Shown here in pieces: positions 60,506 through 64,000 of a stretch of DNA of 64,000 nt. The notes beneath the pieces were generated by a model. It did not search any database, was not told the DNA's origin, and saw nothing but the letters and a program-made list of their open reading frames with translations. Every line of letters starts with the position of its first letter. Position 1 is the first letter of the stretch. Where the stretch lies: contig JACPKF010000007.1 of NCBI GenBank assembly GCA_016187125.1, forward strand, positions 835-64,834. Direction: 5' to 3'. The DNA comes from Candidatus Saccharimonadota bacterium (GTDB lineage Bacteria > Patescibacteriota > Saccharimonadia > Saccharimonadales > UBA10212). The position numbers were made by a program, and so were the translations under genes.

Positions 60506-60777
60506 GTTTGATAACGGAAGATTAGTAGCATGAATCCTATTAGACTCCAAAAAGATACGGGGGGGATTAATCCCGTTAGACCTATAGCAGAGAATTTCAC
60601 ATTTCACATTTCACATTTCACATTTATTTTACATTTACCATTTGACAGTTTAGACCAATGGTCAATGCTAAATACCAAATCATTGTCTTCGACTCTGAGG
60701 GATGAGACCTCAGGCTCAGACTCGAACGAGAAAATTGGTAATTGTAAATTGGTAATTGCCTCCAAAGGAGGCTGGGG
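60506..60777 (+). repeat. spacer upstream of pilB with (tttcaca)n heptads, an F4-like unit and an SD-sequestering hairpin
   Basis: Contains tttcacatttcacatttcacattt, gactctgagggatgagacctcaggctcagactcgaa and gcctcc-aaa-ggaggc (60758-60772) before the ATG at 60778. Confidence 0.7.
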
Positions 60778-62568
60778 ATGAATATTTTATCGCCTACAAC
60801 TCAACAAAACGTGGAAGGCGAGCTGATTGCTGACGGTCTGGTGTCCGAAAACCAACTTAATCTTTTAAAGAATGAAGCCAAAAAACAAAACCAATCAATC
60901 TTTAGCTTTCTTATTAAAGAGGGTCATATAACTGACGAACAGCTGACTAAAGCGCTAGCCGGTGCCAGCAATGTCCCATATGTAAATTTAAGCCGTGCCC
61001 GAATTAACCCGGCAATACTGGACTTGCTGCCTCAAGATATAGCCTCACGTTACATGGCTGTCCCCTTAGGAGAAATGCAAAATCGTTTAGTGGTGGCTAT
61101 GCTGGATGCCGACAATGTGCAGGCGGTGGATTTCTTGAGTAATAAAATCGGCCGTCCGCTGAAGGTTTACGTCGCCAGCGAAGCTGGTATTCGTTACGTG
61201 CTTGGACAATACGACAGCGCTAGGAGCATTAATAAAATGCTGAATCTGCCTAAAGAGGTAGAGGCCGAAACTAAGGCCGCGTCGGTCTCGCACGTCGGCA
61301 CACCCAATCAAAAAATTCAAACAATCGTTCAAGACTCGCCAATTAGCAAGGCTCTTAGCGCCATCATGGATTACGCCGCCAAAAACCGGGCTAGTGACAT
61401 CCATATCGAGCCGCTGGAAAAGGAATTAAAAATCCGCTGCCGAGTTGACGGTGTTCTGCGTGAAGTCATGAAATTGCCCAAAAGCGCCGAACTGCCACTG
61501 ATCAGCCGCATTAAAATATTGGCCAACCTAAAAATTGACGAGCACCGTATTCCTCAAGACGGCCAATTTTCGATTTCTGCCAGCGGACGGCCGATAGACA
61601 TCCGTGTGGCCATTAGCCCCACCGTTTGGGGAGAGCAGGTGGTTTTGCGGTTGCTGGATAAAACCGGTACTAGCATGCAGCTGGAAGACATGGGCTATAT
61701 CGGTCGGGCCTTACGCATGATTCGTCTAGGCTTGCAGCAGCCTCATGGCATGATCTTAACATCAGGACCGACGGGCTCTGGTAAATCTACTTCGATGTAC
61801 GCCATGATTTCTGAAATAAAGACCGACTCGGTTAATATAGTTACTCTTGAGGACCCGGTTGAATATAAGATTGAAGGCGTCAACCAGATTCAGGTAAATC
61901 CCGACGTCGGCTTAACTTTTGCTACCGGCCTGCGTTCGATTCTGCGTCAGGACCCCGACGTGGTCATGGTAGGTGAAATTCGCGATCGCGAAACAGCCAG
62001 TCTAGCGGTCCAGTCGGCCCTAACCGGACATCTAGTTTTTAGCACCTTGCACACCAATTCGGCAGCTGGCATTTTGCCCAGGTTGCTTGATATGGGCATC
62101 GAACCTTTCTTAATCGCCAGTACAGTTCATACGGTAATTGGCCAGCGTCTACTGCGCCGAACTGTGCCCGGCGGTGAAACTTATTCATCAAGCCTTAGTG
62201 AAACTAAGGCCATCAAAGCTACCATTGGTCATCTATTGCCTAAAACTCCAGCCGAAGTAAAACCGGTAGGCGAGAATCTAGGTTACAGTAACTTGCCACT
62301 AGCCGGCCAAAGCGCTTATACTTTGGTTAAGGGAAAGCCCACGCCCGAAAATAAATTGGGCCTGTCTGGACGCATGGGCCTTTATGAGGTATTTACTGTT
62401 ACTGATAAGATCCAGGATTTAATCTTAAAAAGGGCCACTAGCAATATGATCCAGCAAGTAGCCATTGCCGAGGGTATGATCACCATGCGTCAGGACGGCT
62501 ACCTCAAAGCCCTGGCCGGCCTAACTACTTTACTGGAAGTTAATCGAGTGGCATCAATAGAAGCCTAA
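60778..62568 (+). CDS. pilB: type IV pilus assembly ATPase PilB (GspE family)
   Basis: T2SSE N-domain, Walker A SGPTGSGKSTS, Asp box, Walker B VVMVGEIRD and His box TGHLVFSTLHTN. Confidence 0.9.
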   Translation: MNILSPTTQQNVEGELIADGLVSENQLNLLKNEAKKQNQSIFSFLIKEGHITDEQLTKALAGASNVPYVNLSRARINPAILDLLPQDIASRYMAVPLGEMQNRLVVAMLDADNVQAVDFLSNKIGRPLKVYVASEAGIRYVLGQYDSARSINKMLNLPKEVEAETKAASVSHVGTPNQKIQTIVQDSPISKALSAIMDYAAKNRASDIHIEPLEKELKIRCRVDGVLREVMKLPKSAELPLISRIKILANLKIDEHRIPQDGQFSISASGRPIDIRVAISPTVWGEQVVLRLLDKTGTSMQLEDMGYIGRALRMIRLGLQQPHGMILTSGPTGSGKSTSMYAMISEIKTDSVNIVTLEDPVEYKIEGVNQIQVNPDVGLTFATGLRSILRQDPDVVMVGEIRDRETASLAVQSALTGHLVFSTLHTNSAAGILPRLLDMGIEPFLIASTVHTVIGQRLLRRTVPGGETYSSSLSETKAIKATIGHLLPKTPAEVKPVGENLGYSNLPLAGQSAYTLVKGKPTPENKLGLSGRMGLYEVFTVTDKIQDLILKRATSNMIQQVAIAEGMITMRQDGYLKALAGLTTLLEVNRVASIEA

Positions 62569-62797
62569 AGACAATGAACAAAGAACAATGAACACAGAAC
62601 AAAGAATCTGCAGCCCACTGCTCACTGCTCACTGCTCACTGCTTATTGTAGCGACCGGTCATTCGACTCTGCCCATTCGACATGCTCAGGGCAGCCTGAG
62701 CGATAGTCGAAGGCTGAGGGATGGGCTCTCCGTTCGACGGCCTGAGGCCGCTCACGGCTCGAAGGCAGGCTCAGACTCGAAGAGAGGGAGCGTCTAA
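62569..62797 (+). repeat. pilB-pilT spacer with (gaacaaa)n and (cactgct)n heptads and three F4-like units
   Basis: Contains gaacaaagaacaatgaacacagaacaaag, cccactgctcactgctcactgctcactgct and gcctgagcgatagtcgaaggc. Confidence 0.7.
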
Positions 62798-63862
62798 ATG
62801 CAGCAACCAAAAATTGAAAGCCTGCTCGACGAGGTAGTCAAGCGCAAGGCATCTGATCTGCATCTTCAGGTAGGTTTGCCGGCTGTGATTCGGATTGATG
62901 GTAGTTTGACTTTCTCTCAAAACACCACTGCCTTGAGCGAGCAGATGGTCGAGGTAATGGTTTTCTCACTGCTTGATGAAGACCAAAAACAGATTCTGCT
63001 GCGCGACAAAGAGTTTGATTTTAGTTTTGCCTTTGGTGATCTAGGCCGTTTTCGCGTCAACGCCTTCCATGAACGCGGTAATCTGGCCGCCGCTATGCGT
63101 CTGATTCCTAACGAAATCCGGTCTATCGAACAGCTTGGCTTGCCTAAGGTCCTCAACAGTTTTGCCGACTATCCCCGGGGCTTGGTCCTGGTTACCGGTC
63201 CTACCGGTTCGGGTAAATCCTCGACTCTGGCGGCTTTGATAGACAAGATAAATAACGAACGGCCGGTACATATTATTACTGTCGAAGATCCTATTGAGTA
63301 CACCCATAAGTCCAAAAAAGCGGTGGTGGTGCAAAGGGAGGTTCACTATGACACCTATAGTTTTTCGGCAGCCCTTAGGTCAGCTCTACGCGAAGATCCA
63401 GATGTTGTTTTAATTGGCGAAATGCGCGACCTAGAAACAATTGCCGCCGCCATCACGATTGCCGAAACCGGCCATCTGGTGTTTGCCACCCTCCATACCA
63501 ACAGCGCCAGCCAAAGCATTGATCGCATAGTCGATGTTTTCCCGCCGCACCAACAGCCGCAAGTCCGGTCGCAACTAGGTAATATTTTAATGGCCGTGGT
63601 TTCCCAACGCCTGATTCCGGCGCTCGGTGGCGGCCGGGTGCCAGCCACCGAAATTATGGTTGCCACACCCGCCGTCCGCAATATTATCCGCGAAGGTAAA
63701 AACTATCAACTAGACGCTGTTATCCAAACTGGTGCTGAAGCCGGCATGCAAAGCATGGACAAAACGCTGGTTAGTATGATTCATTCTGGAGTGGTAAGTT
63801 ATGACGAAGCTCGAAATGTAGCTGTTGACGTTGAAGAACTTGACCGTCTGATGAGAGGCTAA
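62798..63862 (+). CDS. pilT: twitching-motility ATPase PilT
   Basis: 354 aa. Walker A TGPTGSGKSST, VVLIGEMRD, TGHLVFATLHTNSA and the PilT-type AIRNIIREGK-like motif AVRNIIREGK. Confidence 0.95.
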   Translation: MQQPKIESLLDEVVKRKASDLHLQVGLPAVIRIDGSLTFSQNTTALSEQMVEVMVFSLLDEDQKQILLRDKEFDFSFAFGDLGRFRVNAFHERGNLAAAMRLIPNEIRSIEQLGLPKVLNSFADYPRGLVLVTGPTGSGKSSTLAALIDKINNERPVHIITVEDPIEYTHKSKKAVVVQREVHYDTYSFSAALRSALREDPDVVLIGEMRDLETIAAAITIAETGHLVFATLHTNSASQSIDRIVDVFPPHQQPQVRSQLGNILMAVVSQRLIPALGGGRVPATEIMVATPAVRNIIREGKNYQLDAVIQTGAEAGMQSMDKTLVSMIHSGVVSYDEARNVAVDVEELDRLMRG

Positions 63863-63997
63863 AGTCGTGACTGCGTCACTCCCGTTCACCGTTCACTGTT
63901 CACCGTTCACCATTAAGGCACGGGTAATAGTTAACGGTAAATGCACGGTAAATGGTAAAAGGCTAATGGTAAATGTGGCTTCGAAGGGAGCCGTCTG
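63863..63997 (+). repeat. spacer after pilT, paralogous to the pilM-pilN spacer
   Basis: tcccgttcaccgttcactgttcaccgttcaccatta ... ttaacggtaaatgcacggtaaatggtaaaagg, then ggcttc-gaag-ggagcc (63977-63992) sequestering the SD before the ATG at 63998. Confidence 0.75.
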
Positions 63998-64000
63998 ATG

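Overview
This 64-kb chromosomal window reads with the standard bacterial code: TGA, TAA and TAG all terminate clear genes. The backbone is housekeeping: argS, msrB, dnaG-rpoD, polA, fpg, holA, rpsT, truB, rpsO-pnp, a family-4 UDG, rnj, ftsK, rpsF-ssb-rpsR-efp, tlyA, ychF and purH. There is also a type IV pilus block (pilM, pilN, pilO-like, pilB, pilT, and the start of a further gene at 63998). The gene content fits a reduced-genome bacterium, possibly Patescibacteria/CPR (Saccharibacteria-like), but that placement is inference only. I recognised no rRNA, tRNA, CRISPR array, transposase or integrase. The unusual part is the insertional and non-coding layer. (1) At five loci, inserted DNA is bracketed by diverged, mostly synonymous copies of the host-gene terminus: the rpoD 3' end, polA 5' and 3' ends, a HAD-hydrolase 5' end, and the rnj 3' end in triplicate. 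These include a two-cassette array behind rnj (an orphan ORF with its own promoter, then hicAB) and a methyltransferase cassette behind polA. (2) Several hairpin/MITE-like repeat families are inserted in frame and apparently translated inside essential genes (fpg, UDG, rpsF, polA, truB, ychF, argS). (3) A structured non-coding repeat family of about 230 nt (5 copies) sits at cassette junctions. (4) An accessory islet (18.3-22.0 kb) carries two proteins with Rx4H (HEPN-like) motifs next to a minimal nucleotidyltransferase. (5) Heptad-repeat hairpin spacers and SD-sequestering hairpins separate the pilus genes and the ribosomal-protein genes. (6) Many promoters abut the start codon (leaderless type). 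All coordinates for repeats were counted by eye and may be off by a few nt.
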